A stretch of 63,047 nt of DNA, the filler included, from Cercozoa sp. M6MM (Eukaryota; Protista; Endomyxa: Ascetosporea), in the NCBI GenBank assembly GCA_040357565.1. It is 8 parts of 8 records of this genome, joined end to end, with 100 filler letters (N's around TTAATTAATTAA, not from the genome) between each part and the next. Parts side by side here need not be neighbours in the genome. Positions count along the whole stretch, not along the records: positions 20,855 to 29,428 come from JBDODJ010000525.1; positions 29,529 to 40,241 come from JBDODJ010000429.1; positions 40,342 to 48,597 come from JBDODJ010000553.1; 5 more parts are not named here. The stretch is one strand, 5' to 3'. The notes below the pieces were generated by a model that made no database searches, was not told where the DNA came from, and saw nothing but the letters and a program-made list of their open reading frames with translations. The position numbers were made by a program, and so were the translations under genes. This document shows, in pieces, positions 27,352 to 40,499 of the stretch. The first letter of the stretch is position 1. Each line of letters begins with the position of its first letter.

Positions 27352-28183
27352 CTATATATCGAAACGAAAGTACAGCAGTACTAGTTCCGTCCATTGACTG
27401 ACGCGCGCGCGCTTGAAGTTTAATGCAGCATGAGTGACTCCCACCGACTCTACGACAGCACATGGAGCGGAATGGAGAGAGGGTGTGTGTTTTCGGGATA
27501 ATCTATATGAGAAAGTGAGTGCACTCTTCTGTCGGCCGAGGACATACTGGCCAGCGCCTGCTTTCCTCCCTGTAAAACGCAAAAAGGCAGGTACACAGAC
27601 ACAGACAGCATGTATTGTATACAGCAGTACAGGACAAGACACGAGTACCTTGCCGCCGCGTGGCCGTGCTTGACTCAGCTGGTTCGCTAGTCGGTCTTCG
27701 GCAGCGTCAAAGTAGATCAGAGTGTTGAGAACGCGCGCGTTGTTGGCTTCGATGACGGCACTGTCGGGTTGATCGGTTATGGACCGAGGACTACCTTTTG
27801 ACTGATCAGCTGCGATCAGGTGATCGCGTCTGGCACGTGTCACACCGTCCGACACCGTGGTCGACAAAAACACCGACGGTTCAAAGGTTGGCACGCGCGG
27901 CACGACGACTGCGCCACTCTGCAAACAATCACAACAACAACAATAATTGACAAAAAAAAAAAAAAACCATGGCGGCATTGAACGCGGGCGCCAACGCAAC
28001 TGCAGTCAACGATTCCACTGCGTCAACCGCACGCTGGTACTGATCCGCGCGGGCCTTTGATTTCTGTGAAGGTTTTTGCTGCTGCTGCTGCGAGGCTTCC
28101 GCGCGGATTATGTCTCCAAGAATCTCACACACGAGAGTGGCGCGTTGCCCAACTTGGCGGAGAAGTGCTGTTTCAATCTCCAT
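27352..28183 (-). CDS. Hypothetical protein, possibly Mediator subunit MED8-like
   Basis: Helical N-terminus, then VVVPRVPTFEPSVFLST and IEANNARV, reminiscent of MED8; last exon ambiguous. Confidence 0.45.
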
Positions 28184-28335
28184 AGCAAAACACACTCTGG
28201 TTAGACACTGATAAAGTGCATCCAGCCTCTATTCTCCGCGTGTGCACCGAAACACTGCTCCTGTACTGTAGCCAACTTGTATCGAGCGGCTCTACGCTTA
28301 CATTTCCGTGCGTCCGCGGGTGCTCCTCTGTTGAA

Positions 28336-29428
28336 ATGGGAAACCAAGTAAGCCTGAAGGTGGTACGTGTCTGTCTGAGCTTGATGTTGCGCATTATATA
28401 TTGTATTTTCAGGCGAAGCGGTCTGCCGAGAGCATCCAGTCCTTACCGGACAAGGCATTGGCACGCGCAGTTCGTCTCAACGAAACTTTTCGGATCTTTT
28501 CCTCGTACACCATGCTTTCTACTATAATCCATATGGACGTGTTTGTGCAGTCAGGCGAATGACGAGTCCATCCAAGCGGTGGTGAACTCGCAGACGTCCC
28601 GCGCGTTGTGCCGTGTTGAGGCCGAATGGAGTACCTGCTGTCGCTTATTTTTCGTACAGTTGAAAGTTATCCGCTGCAGATGAGCGCCTGCGCGATGTGG
28701 CGCCGATCGCGGCGTCGCAACGACGCAGTTTCGAGAATTACCGGGTGCCATTCCCCGTGCCAAAAGTGTTTAAATTTGACGCTTGTTGATGCTCTCGTTC
28801 CCATCATAGACGAATGCACGGCCGCGTAAAGCCGCATTGCTGCTCAAAAAACGACTGGACAATATGGTAACTTGATAGACCTGGCTGCATCTGACTGGAA
28901 TCGTATATTGTAGCCACATCAAAAGGCCTCATGGGAGAGTCTGGAGGGAGAGATTGAAACGGTTCATGCATCCACACTGTTTGCGCGTTCTGCTGTGCGC
29001 TCGATGCCTCTGTGTGTGCACGTTTAGTGGCGCGACGTTATGCAACGTTACGTATTACGATGCCGGACTGTAACTCACCGTGAAGGGTACCGCACTTCTC
29101 CCGGCTGCTTGTACCGCGTGTATCTTGCACGTCTGGATACCTACTGCGTGCGTGTGCGCAGTTTGTGCACTGAGCTGCCTCTGTCGTTCACTGCGCTTGG
29201 AACGAAAGAATATGCGCATGATTTTTTCTCTCGATCGGCAAAGAACCTGACGTAGCTTTCAATTCTCTCGCTCTCGACATCACTCTGAGACAGAGACCGA
29301 GTGCAGGAAGTTCAACCCGGACTGGTCGGAAGAAGATGATGTGGAACCTGGCGAGTTCGATATTTTCGACGACTCATGCCTGACGCGGTTCCGATGTTGT
29401 CAAGCCCCTTCCGTGGTCTGGGGGGGGG
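28336..29428 (+). CDS. Hypothetical protein with F-box-like N-terminus, truncated
   Basis: MGNQAKRSAESIQSLPDKALARAV...IFS...RALCRVEAEWN; series of in-frame GT-AG exons. Confidence 0.5.
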
Positions 29429-29528
29429 NNNNNNNNNNNNNNNNNNNNNNNNNNNNNNNNNNNNNNNNNNNNTTAATTAATTAANNNNNNNNNNNNNNNN
29501 NNNNNNNNNNNNNNNNNNNNNNNNNNNN

Positions 29529-32500
29529 CCTCGAAGCGCTCGGCATCGAGGCCCGTGAGTGGCGTACGTACCGGCGTCATCGGAGGCGTCGGCGACGACA
29601 CTGGCGACGGTGGTGACGCTGGGTAGGGAGGTAAGAAGGTAGGGATGAAGGGGCAAGAGTCTACATGGCTGTGACGGCGGCGTCGGCGGCGCAGGCGGTG
29701 GCAGCCGCGGTCGCTCCGGAATCGCCATGTGCGGATGCAGCAGCGAGCTGCATAAGGAAGGAGGTAATGGGGGTAGGAGGGTTAGAGTACGTGTACCCAA
29801 GCCGACGTGGATGATGCGGCACCGTCATGACGTCCCAACGACTATCAAGATGTGCACAATTAAGAGCGTGGGGTGGGGGGAGGGGGGAGTCAAAAGGAAC
29901 AGAGAAGGTTAAAGCACCTGTAGGCCCCGCGCCACAATCGCAAGTGCTCCGGCTTCGTTCGCACCTGCAGCACGCGTCCACTGCACTCGGGGGCAAGAGG
30001 TAAGGGATAAAGGGGTAAAGGGGTAAGGGGGTAAAGAGGGGGTAAGACGCACCTCGGCCTAAACGCAGCGTTGCGCAGACGTTCCGCGAATTCGCTTTGT
30101 TCCGTCAATAACTCCGACCACACCTGAGTACCATCGCAGCCTTAAACCAAACACAGTGCTGTACAGATGGACCGCAGCAGTACCGACTGCGTCTCTTGTT
30201 CAATGTTCTACCAAACGCGACCTTAAATCAGTTAGACAAACGCAGCCATAAACAAAAAAGCAAAGCATACCGCTTCAGCGCGTTCTTTCGCCGAGTCGCA
30301 CAAAAAATCGCCGAAACGACAGTTGTGAGCGCTTTCCTGAGGAGGGGGGTAAAGATGAGGTAAAAAGGGGAGATAGGGATAAGAAGGGGGGAGGGGTAAG
30401 ATGGGGTAAAACCAGCAACTCCTGCAGTAGCAGCGGCGTGAACTCGAACTCGTGTCTGCGACAGCACCAACAAACGTGTCCACACAGTATACAGTACAGT
30501 ACCTACTGTGCAAGCACACTACAGACACACAAACAAGGTTGTCGGTACGGGTGCTGCACGACCACCTGGAACACGCAGTCCAAAAACTGCGCAAACACCG
30601 GCGAACGCTGCGAGTCGGCGCTGTTCAGTCTCTGCCCGGGGGGGGGGGGGGGGAGGGGGGAAGGAGGTCAGAAAGAAGGGGGTAAGAAAGAAGGGGGTAA
30701 GAGAAGGGGTGTAAGAGAGAAGGGTGTAAGAGAGAAGGGTGTAAGAGGGTGTAAGAGGGTCTAGGATAATGCGGTAAATTAGAGGGAGGTAGGAGCGTAA
30801 AACACCTCATTCTCATCGAACGAGTGACCCAGACGACGCGCGAATTTGTGTCCGAAATCGCACCATTCTTTGCGCACCTGGGGGCAGGGCACAGGGGTAA
30901 ACATGGGGGTAAACAGGGAGTTGAACAGGGAGGTAAATAGGGGGTTAAACAGGGGGTTAAACAGGGAGGTAAATATAGTAAATAGCGGGGTAAATAAGGG
31001 TTAAATAGGGAGGTAAATAGGGGAGGGAGGGGTAAATGGGGTTAAGCAGGGAGGGAAATAGGGGGATAAAAAGGGCGCCAAGAGGGGGTGTAAATAGGGG
31101 ATAAAGAGGGGGGTAAAAACCAGGCCAGCAAAGCCGCGGAGCGTGCGGAAGCGCGCGTCCAGCAAGAGCTGCGCCAGACAAGTGAGTTGCGCCGTGCGGT
31201 CCCAGCCGTCGCTGCAGTGCACCAGCACGACACTCGTGTCCTCCTCCAGAGCCTGCACGACCCGCGCGGCACCGGTCAGTAGAGCCGACACGTGTCGGAA
31301 CCAGTCGCACGCAGAGTCCGCGCGTCGCAGCTGTCTCTCTACGGCATCATACCGGTGGTGCCATGCCTCACTCGGCTCCAGGTCCAGCTCGCCCATCGCG
31401 TGACTCGGTGCCTGCCAGGTACCATCACCCTGCTATCTCCCCTTCCATCACCCTGCTATCTCCCCTTCCATCTAACCCTATCTCTCCCTCCCTACCCACA
31501 AGGTACCTCGAGAATGAACTGGTCACTGAGCAGAGGCAGCGTGGCGAACTGCGCGCGCAGTGCCGCAAAGGACTGCCGCACGACGTGGATGTTGCCGACG
31601 TTGAGGAAGTTGAAGCAGCAGTCGGCGTAGTGCTTCTCGCGCTCGTAGCCACCTCCACGAGCAATGTTGCCCACCTGCGGGTACAGACAGATCGCAATGG
31701 ACCGTGTACATTGGACCGTATACATTGGACCATATATATATCTACATATACGTATTATATATCACATACCGCGTTCAATTTTGGCCGCGCGTCAAAGATC
31801 CACACGCCGCGATTCGCTGCTTCCTCACTGACGGGGGGGGGGGGGGGTAAAAGGGACAGAGTAGGAGATAAAGAGAGGAGATAAGAAGGTGAGGGAGTTA
31901 AAAACACCTGACAGCCGCGTCCATCGTGTCCTGCTTATGCAGCACATGCATCGTCGAGTCGTCCAGCTGACGGTCGCGGTTCCAGCTGAAGGGGGATGAA
32001 GGAGTTAAAGCGGGGACTGGGGGGGGGGGGGGGGCGGAGGAAGGGTAAGGGGTACCGAGCAGCAGCCACGGCCAGCGAGGCCAGCATGTACTCGTCAGCG
32101 CGACTGCGACGCGACTGCATGCCAACACGCGGCTGCGCACATCGCACAAGTGCGCGGTTCCTGTACCAACGCACACGTAATTAAAGCCCACGCCCATATT
32201 TACACCATCCAATAGAACACACTGTACACAGTGTACCGATCGGTCCATGACAGTACTGGCAGACGGTTCTTGGCGCGGAAGCTGGCGCACTCGGGCAACG
32301 ACGGGTCGCCTACCGACGTCGGCACGCACAGCAGCTTGCTGTACCGGAGGGGTAAAGGACGGGGGGGGGGGGTAAAGTTTCAATGTACGGGTAGGTTTCA
32401 CAAAGCAAAAAGTTTTCATTGGCTCGCGTGATTCGGAAGTACTCGCACGGCATCTCGCCGTCTGCACAAATGAGACTGCCGACTTACGGGGTGGGGGAAG

Positions 32501-35246
32501 AGACAAAGTACCTTGCGATCCAACGCCTAGACGACGCCACTCCACCAACGCATTGTACTCGTACTGCGCGCGCTCCTGCCGCACAAGTAACATTGAAACA
32601 AAGGACGAAAAAAGTAAAATAGAAACACTGCAGAAAGCTAAAGCTACAGTCACAAAGCCAACAGCGTCGGCCAGTCGGTTGTAATCGGCGCCGCCATAAT
32701 CGAAAGCAAACGGTCTGCAGTAAAAAAAAACATCGACTTTGTTAAGGGCGAGGATTTGTTAAGGGTGAGAAGTGAAAAGACACCTCGACACGACACGCTC
32801 TTGCAACAGCGGCACAAAGCGACGTAGCAGCGTCTCGCCAAAGGTTTGCGTCTGTCCAAAGAGCAAACATGAGCTGTCCAAACAAAAAGGAAGAGCAAAA
32901 AGAGGCACATCGTCCGACAGTTGCGCAAACTGAAACTGCAGCTCGAGCGTACTGTCACACAACGTTTCAAAGCAAAGCAAATGGGACAGCACTGACAAAA
33001 AAGCAAAGGTACAGCAAATCCTTTGACCAGATCACAAGGGAGGTTTTCGCTCCGGCACCCCCACCTTGCGACATATCTGCACGCTCGAATTTCGAGATCC
33101 TGAGTCCACACGGCAGCATAGAAGGAAAGAAGAAGGAAGACATAAAGACAATGAAGAGAGGAAGAACCACGCAACAGGCAGACTCCAGGTCGGTTGCACT
33201 TCGCGTTGACTGTTCAGCGGCAGCATCGGATGGAACACGAGCTGAAAGTTCGTCAGGAAGAGCGAGCCAGGCGTCGAGAAAAAGGCATCACTCGGCACGT
33301 AAACGACATTGTCCACCTGCATCAGCAACGATTCGCCCGCTGCCAAAGCGATCGGACGCGGATGACCGTGCTTCTGCCGGTACTTTCTACAAACACATGG
33401 ACACGTACGATATGTACAATATACAATGTACAATATACAATGTACAATATACAATGTACAATATACAATGTACAATATAAATAAAATCTAACATACCGGA
33501 AGGCAGAAGCGTCCTCACTCAACGTGGCACGTGTTCCCACACCTGGCAGGTACCAACAATTAACAGAAAGCCAACTCAGCGACTGCTCTTGAGAAGAAGC
33601 CAAAATGTACCAGTGAGACCGCGCTTCTTCTGCTCAATATCAAAGTCGGCCGCTTCAGTGTGCGGCAGTAAAAACACTTCGCGTGGCAGACGCTTCTTGA
33701 TCTGCAGAAAGCGAGGGATTAATTGATAATACAGAAGGTAAATCAAGAAACACAAATACAGAAGGTAAATCAAGAAACACAAACCTCATCATCAAAGGTC
33801 TCGCTCACGGCGGGAAGAATGTTCTCTAACGTCGCTGCTGTATCCAGTCTCGACACTATACGGAGAAAAACAAAATCTCAGTCCCATAAATCACCAACTC
33901 GCCAAAGGAGCAATAAAACACACCTGTTGGTGCATGCAACGAATGAAGCAAATCGTTCGAAGCTTCCACAGCGCGAATCTTCTGCTGGGCCACCACCGAA
34001 ACGCTGCACCACAAGCAACAACATAGAATAAATCACCACAGTCAAAGAAAGCTCACCGTCGAGTCAGAACTGAAGCTGATTTTCGCCACAGAGCCGCAAA
34101 CGACGCGTCAAAGTTCTGCGCTGCCACTCGACGCTGCGACTGCAAGAGTCTGCACACATCAGTCAAGTTAAAGCACGAAATAGCACAGAGCGCCTCATAC
34201 CTCGCTTTCGCGACGTGCCGTGCTTCACCGAATTTGGAATTCGCGTGGAGGGCTGAAAATACAAAAATAACACAAAAGCACTTTTAATTGAATTGTTTCT
34301 CCGCGAATACCTAGAAGTTTTTCGTGTGCAGTCGAACGCTGCCGCAGACATTGTTCGCAATCACTTCGCAGTTGTTTCAGCGACTCGCCTGTTGGAAACA
34401 TTGTTCAATCAGAAATGGAACTCAAAAAAGGCACGAACATACTTTCATGCACAATATCACGTAGCATCACGCAGGCTTCTTTCGCGTTCAGCGTTTGCGC
34501 GAACTGTCGCATTAGCACGCATCAAACTCAGAAGCACGCTTGCAAAAAAAAAACAAAAAAAAAAAACATACACACTCAACGGCTGTGGCAACATCAGCCA
34601 GCATGTGCGACAACTGACGAAACGCTTCAGCCTGGGACAAACAAGATCAAAATATGTGCGAAAACCGTAGATTTGGTGGCGCAAAGCACGTTATGTTCCG
34701 TTTGTTTCTGCTCAGCCAGCGATGCCAACTCTCGAGCATCGGAATCCGCAGCGAACTCAGTCAGCGCAGATCCTAGGAAAAAGAAAAAATAAAATCAAGA
34801 CACACTGAGAGAACTGGAGTCCTACCAAGTGACCGTAATGCCGATGAGAATCGCACAGTGTCGGCGTCAACCGCCTCCCAGGCAACCTGAACGAAAGGAG
34901 AATTAAAGCGCAATGAAAATTTGACAAACTGATCCAGTTGAGATGAAACAAAGAGAAAACTGACCTGGAGATTAGAGAGAGAGTTCTCGGCACTCTTCAT
35001 GCGCTCACCAATTTCCTAAACACGGGAAAGCATTACATTTAAAAAAACATAGTGCAGTTAGTTGGCACCTCAAGCTGCACATTGCGGGAAGTGACATTCT
35101 CGGTTGTTGTCGACTCCTATGTGTCAAAAACGGAATGAGGAACTGGCACGTAGGGAGAGACAGGTGCTCTGCACTACCGCTTCGCGTTGCTGCTGTACAA
35201 GGCGCTTTGCCCGTGCCTTGCTGCGCCAGCCACGAAAACGCTCCAT
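29529..35246 (-). CDS. Myotubularin-family phosphoinositide 3-phosphatase with N-terminal BAR-like helical region and GRAM domain, 3' end truncated
   Basis: VLVHCSDGWDRTAQL (intact CX5R); SFRAKNRLPVLSW; IFDARPKLNA; GGGYE; NVGNIHVVRQS; EWCDFGHKF; CRFGDFLCDS; GRAM-like GSLFLTNFQLVF. Confidence 0.9.
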
Positions 35247-35544
35247 GACCACGCCTGAGTTGCTTCCGCGCGGGACCGATCCAACCCAATGATCAGCGCT
35301 TGCGCGAGAAAAGGAGTCGCCCACGTGTCGATCAGAGTTGATGCGACTTGTGAAGGTGCTAGATCGATAGCACGCCTTCCTACAGCACTCAGCGCCAGGC
35401 AAACTCGCTCGACCACCCTGCCCACCAAACGTTTATTCGGGCTCGGATTCGGGCTCAAATTGAGTCGAATCGGCCGCGACGTAAATTAGAGCTTTCCAGG
35501 CACGCAGGTGTATCCAGAGGTGGCGGTGTAAAGCGTAGATACCC

Positions 35545-38500
35545 ATGCAGCGCGTCAGATTTGCCGTGCGACTTGAGTCACGACTCGCGCAGATTCGATG
35601 TGCCGCACTTGGTCTGGACATTGGACCCACGACGGCGTGTGTTGCCATCAAGGACTCGGTGCTTTAGCTTGCGATCACGCGTTTACCAACTATAATTTTG
35701 TGGACTGGGTGTTTGATCGCAAACGATGTAAGATTGTGTTCATTTGTTTGCCCAGACGGCGGGAAACGTGCGTGTTGCCGAGAACGCCGAGGGTTCGCGA
35801 ACGACGCCGGCCTATGTGGTGCTTTTTAATACTGAAAGCTGTGTTAATGGTAAGATGTTGTTTTCGATAGGCACTGTCGCCGGAGGAATCGTTCGAGCAA
35901 GGCGAAATCATCGCTTCGTTTGAGGTAGCGCAGTTTCTTGCGAGCGCTGCCGTATCTGAACACTAGTTTTTAGGACCCGAAAGAATTCCTCGTGGGCGAA
36001 GCAGCTCGAGGACAACTGCAGACTAATCGTACTAGCTTTTTTGATGTTCAGGTAAGCTTACGGCTAACTTGGGTGCTTGCACAGCGCTGAACACGTTCCA
36101 CAGCATGGTTCGCATCGTCGGACGCAGTCTGAGTGATTTGGAAGGTACTTCCAGTGTCTAGCGTCAGTGCAACATGCTTGTTGATGTCACACACGGTGCT
36201 ATGTAGCCGAAGGCTTGCTGAAGGAACTGCAGTTTGGCGTGGTGGCACACGATGACACTCTGCTGCTGCAAGGCAATGTGTCGCTGCCTGTCGAGGTGGC
36301 TACAGGTAGGTCTTTACCCTCCCTCTTTACCCCCCCCCAATTTACCCCTTACCCGTCTATTCCTCAGCACACATTGCGCACAAGATGAAAGTGACGGCAT
36401 CGGACTACCACGATGATGAAAGTAAGTTGAGCACCCTGTCTTACTCCCTGTCTTGCCCCCTGTCTTACCCCCTACCCCTACTCCTACCCCCAGGCAAGGT
36501 GACCCTGGCGGTGCCGGTGTCCTTCACGGCGGCGCAGACCGAGGCTCTGTCGCGTGCCGTGGAGATGTCGGGCATGCGCGTGCAGGGCACTCTGGACAGT
36601 GCGCATGCCACTGTGCTGGCCTACGGACTGTGTCCTGAGGTACTTCGTCCCTTTGTCCCCTTAACCCCCCTCTTACCCCCTTAACCCCTTCTCCAGGTGG
36701 GTGCCGAACCGCTTAAAGTGGCTATCATCGACGTTGGCGGCACGCACACCAACGTGTCGGTCGTGAACGTCTTCTGTGGTTTTACTCCCTATCTCCTATC
36801 CCCTTACCCCCTACCCCCTACCCCCTACCCTTAGAGGAGGAAGGCGTGGTGCTAACGGAGCTGCTGTCGGACGTGCAGGCACCTCTGGGCGGTGTGCACT
36901 TCCGCGACGCCTTGTTGACCGACCTACTTGAGGGTCTGGACACTGGTATGTTTGCCTCCTGACACCTCCCCTACCCCCTTACCCCCTCCCCCAGGTGGTA
37001 TGCCGATGGACGACCACACTCTGGGCCGAATTCGCGAGGCTGCACAACATGTATTACCTCCCTTGCGCCCTACCCCCCCTCCTTACCCCAGTACCCCTTA
37101 GGCGGTGCTGGAGCTGAGTTCAGCACTCAAGAGCGAAATAAATCTTCCATTTGTCGCCTTCAATCCAGCGACGGTACTGGAGTTTTTGACAGCTATTTTG
37201 ACAGGTCCGCGTGGAGGGTATACGTGTGTACGCGCGGATGTGGACACAGGGTCAGCCGGTGCACCTGGAGCGTACTGTGAAACGCACGGACCTGCAGCGA
37301 CTGACGGCGTCGCTGCTGTCGCAGTCGCAGACGCCGCTGCGAAACGCTCTGGCCGACGCCGGGGTCGAACAGGTGCGTTTCTTCCCCATGTTCCCCACCT
37401 CTTGCCCCTTACCCCCTTCCCCAGGTGGACGAGGTGCTGCTAGCGGGCGGTGCCACGCGCATGCCGGCGCTGAAAGAAGCGATCGGCAAGACACTCAACA
37501 AGACGCCGCTGGCACTGCAGGGCGATGTACTGAGCCCCCTAGGTCCGTGTGGACGAAGTGGTGGCAGCTGGTGCCGCCATCCATGGCATCGGCGTGGAGG
37601 AGCGACAGAAGATTGTGGAGGTACATACCCCCTACCCCTACCCCTACCCTTCTGCCCCCACCCTACCTTTTTACCCCCCGGCAGGAGCAAGCAGCCGAGG
37701 CCAAGGCGCTGCCGTTGTCACTCGGAGTGGCTCTGGCTACAGGCGAGACAGCTGTGTTGCTGCACCGGCAGGACGCCTTCCCGTGCCAGCGCTCGCTGCT
37801 GCTGTCCACGTGTGTCGACGCACAGGAACAACTCCAACTACGTCTCGTACAGGGCGGTATCTCTCTGCCTCTGGGGGGTGAAGGGGGTAAGGGGTGAAAC
37901 ACGTGTCACATACAGAGCGAGCTGACGCACGTGCCAACTCGGAAGTGACCACAGTGACGGTGCCTCTGCCTCACCGGTATCAACGAGGCACTGCGCAACT
38001 CTCCGTCACTCTGGCCGTCGACGCGGACGGAGTGCTCTCACTCGTCGTGCATGATCGCTGCCTACAGGTACACCTAGGGGTAGGGGGTAAAGGGGGTAAA
38101 GAGGGGGGTAAAACTCTCTTGCCTCGCAGACTGAAGACGAAAACGCAAATGCGGAGATCTTCCGAATCGACCAGATCGCCTCGGCTCTGACGAACTTCTC
38201 GTCCGTGTCGGGTACTCCCTTTACCCCCCTACCCCCTTTACCTCCTTACCCCTACACGCTACTCCTTACCCCCTACACGCTACTCCTTACCCCCTACACG
38301 CTACTCCTTACCCCCCCCCCCAGTGGAGAAGCAGATCGAACAGGCCGAGGAGATGCAAGAATTGGACCGGCTGGAACTCGCGCGGCGTCGGCAGCACATC
38401 CGCGCGGAAGCGCAGTTGTATTCGGCACGCATCCTGGCGGATCAGGTGTGTTGACCCCCTCCCCCCTCCCCCCTCCCTACGTCCCCTTACGTTCTTTTAC

Positions 38501-39080
38501 CCCCCTCCAGTTGGAGGAGTACGACACGAGAGTGTTGGACGAGTTGGAAACCGCGATTCGAACGGACGACGCCGACTTTGACGCGCTCACGTTGCGTCTG
38601 TCCGAGGTGTGCCCTTTACCCCCCTCCCCCGCCCGCTTACCCCCTCCCCTATCCCAGGAGAGCAAGGCGATCGAGAAGCAGGTGGCAGCGGCGGCACAAC
38701 AGGCCGAGGAAGAAGAGGAGGACATGACGGTCGAGGAGGCTATTGAGGCGGTAGCATTGTCCAGTTTTACCCCCTCCAGCCTCTTACCCCCCCTTGGACA
38801 GGCCAAGTCGGGCGCCAGTTCGGCACTCACAGGTGCGCAGAAGACGGCGCAGAAGTACGCGCCCGTGTTGTCGCAGTGGGTCCGCTCGGTGCGCGACTTT
38901 CTCAGCGACTCCATGCTCGACGAGGAGCAGCTGCGCAAGAAGAAACAACAGGAACAACGACAACAACAACAGAAGGCAGAGCAACAAGAAGAACAACAAC
39001 AGAAGGGAGAAGAGCAACAAGAACTACAGCACGAGAAAGAACACAAGGAAGAACAGCCTGACAAGATCAAACCTGAGTAG
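35545..39080 (+). CDS. Highly divergent mitochondrial/DnaK-type Hsp70-like protein
   Basis: Presequence MQRVRFAVRLESRLAQIRC; GLDIGPTTACVAI; VAENAEGSRTTP; LAVPVSF; EINLPF; AGGATRMP; DEVVAAGAA; PLSLG; VDADGVL. Confidence 0.85.
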
Positions 39081-39501
39081 AGAGTGACAACCACGCCACC
39101 TTTGCTGGGCCACACAGTTTATTATCTCCTGTACATCTCCACGAGTCTAGTTCGTACACGTGCGTACCCCCGTGCGTGCGCACAACTTCTAGAAATACTC
39201 TCTAGAAATGGACACCCAAGGGCAAATAACAGGTTCCCGAAGATACTTAACGCCTTAAGAGATACTGTCACGGTAGATCAGCGTACGGTAACATGACTCG
39301 ACCGGAGTTCAAAATCATGAGCCCAGCCCGGAGGGTCAGTTTCAGTGGTACTACGTGTACAGACAGGCTAGCTCATCGTACCCCCCGGTCACGACCGTAC
39401 AGGCAGATCTGAACGACGAGTGTCGTGCTGGTGATACAGTACGGTAACGTGGTACGAATGTCCGAATCGAATTAGGCACATGCAAGCTGCACGGCAGAGA
39501 G

Positions 39502-40211
39502 TCAAAGCTCGTCTTTCAAGTCGCAGAAGTCGCCGCACAGCTGGACAAACGAAACCAACGAAATCAAAAGGCTTCGTGTTTCCAGTCAGAGTCAGGACAA
39601 AGAGGCACAAAAGGCACACAAAAGGCACACACTGCTTGGGCCAACCGCACACAGAAAATACAAGCAAAAAACAACACACAACCGAAGGGGCAAAGCAAAG
39701 TATACAAACAATAAAAACAATGTAGCCAAGAAAAAAACAACAACAAAAAATAAAAACAAGACAAATCAACGAGAACAAACACAAGAAAAACAACAAGAAA
39801 AAACAACAAGAAAAAACAACAAGAAAAAACAACAAGAAAAACAACAAGAAAAATAACAAAAAAAGCAACAACAAGAAAAACAACAACAAGAAAAACAACA
39901 ACAATAAAAACAACAACAAGAAAAACAACAACAAGAAAAACAACAACAAGAAAAACAACAAAAAGAGGGCTACAGCGTGTTCCTGGGTGTCAAAATCGTC
40001 GCTTGCGAAGACTTCCCACTATGTGCGTGAGGAAAATAATATGATACAAATGGACGGTATAAATGGACGGTATAAATGGATAGTACACACGCCAATACAA
40101 AAATAATCGAGAAAAAGGACCGTACAAATGGACGGTACCAAATCATCGTCGGCATTGTTCACAATAGCGTCGCAGGCACGGCGACGCAGTTTGTCGTCCA
40201 GTTTGTCGCCT
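39502..40211 (-). CDS. ER-resident saposin-like (Canopy-type) protein, 3' part
   Basis: LRRRACDAIVNNADDDL|WEVFASDDFDTQEHA|LCGDFCDLKDEL*; saposin Cys spacing and C-terminal KDEL. Confidence 0.65.
39735..39965. repeat. Intronic (ACAACAAGAAAA)n-type minisatellite
   Basis: Directly visible 12-15 bp CAA/GAAAA units inside a ~430-nt intron. Confidence 0.9.
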
Positions 40212-40341
40212 CTACGGGGGGGGGGGAATAAAGGGATGAGGNNNNNNNNNNNNNNNNNNNNNNNNNNNNNNNNNNNNNNNNNNNNTTAATTAATTAANNN
40301 NNNNNNNNNNNNNNNNNNNNNNNNNNNNNNNNNNNNNNNNN

Positions 40342-40484
<143 letters not shown>

Positions 40485-40499
40485 GAACACGCAAGTAAG

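Noticed and set aside
30630-31120. G-rich tract read as an interstitial telomere or chromosome end
   Set aside because: Lies within myotubularin introns and has irregular units; treated as part of the TTACCC intron class
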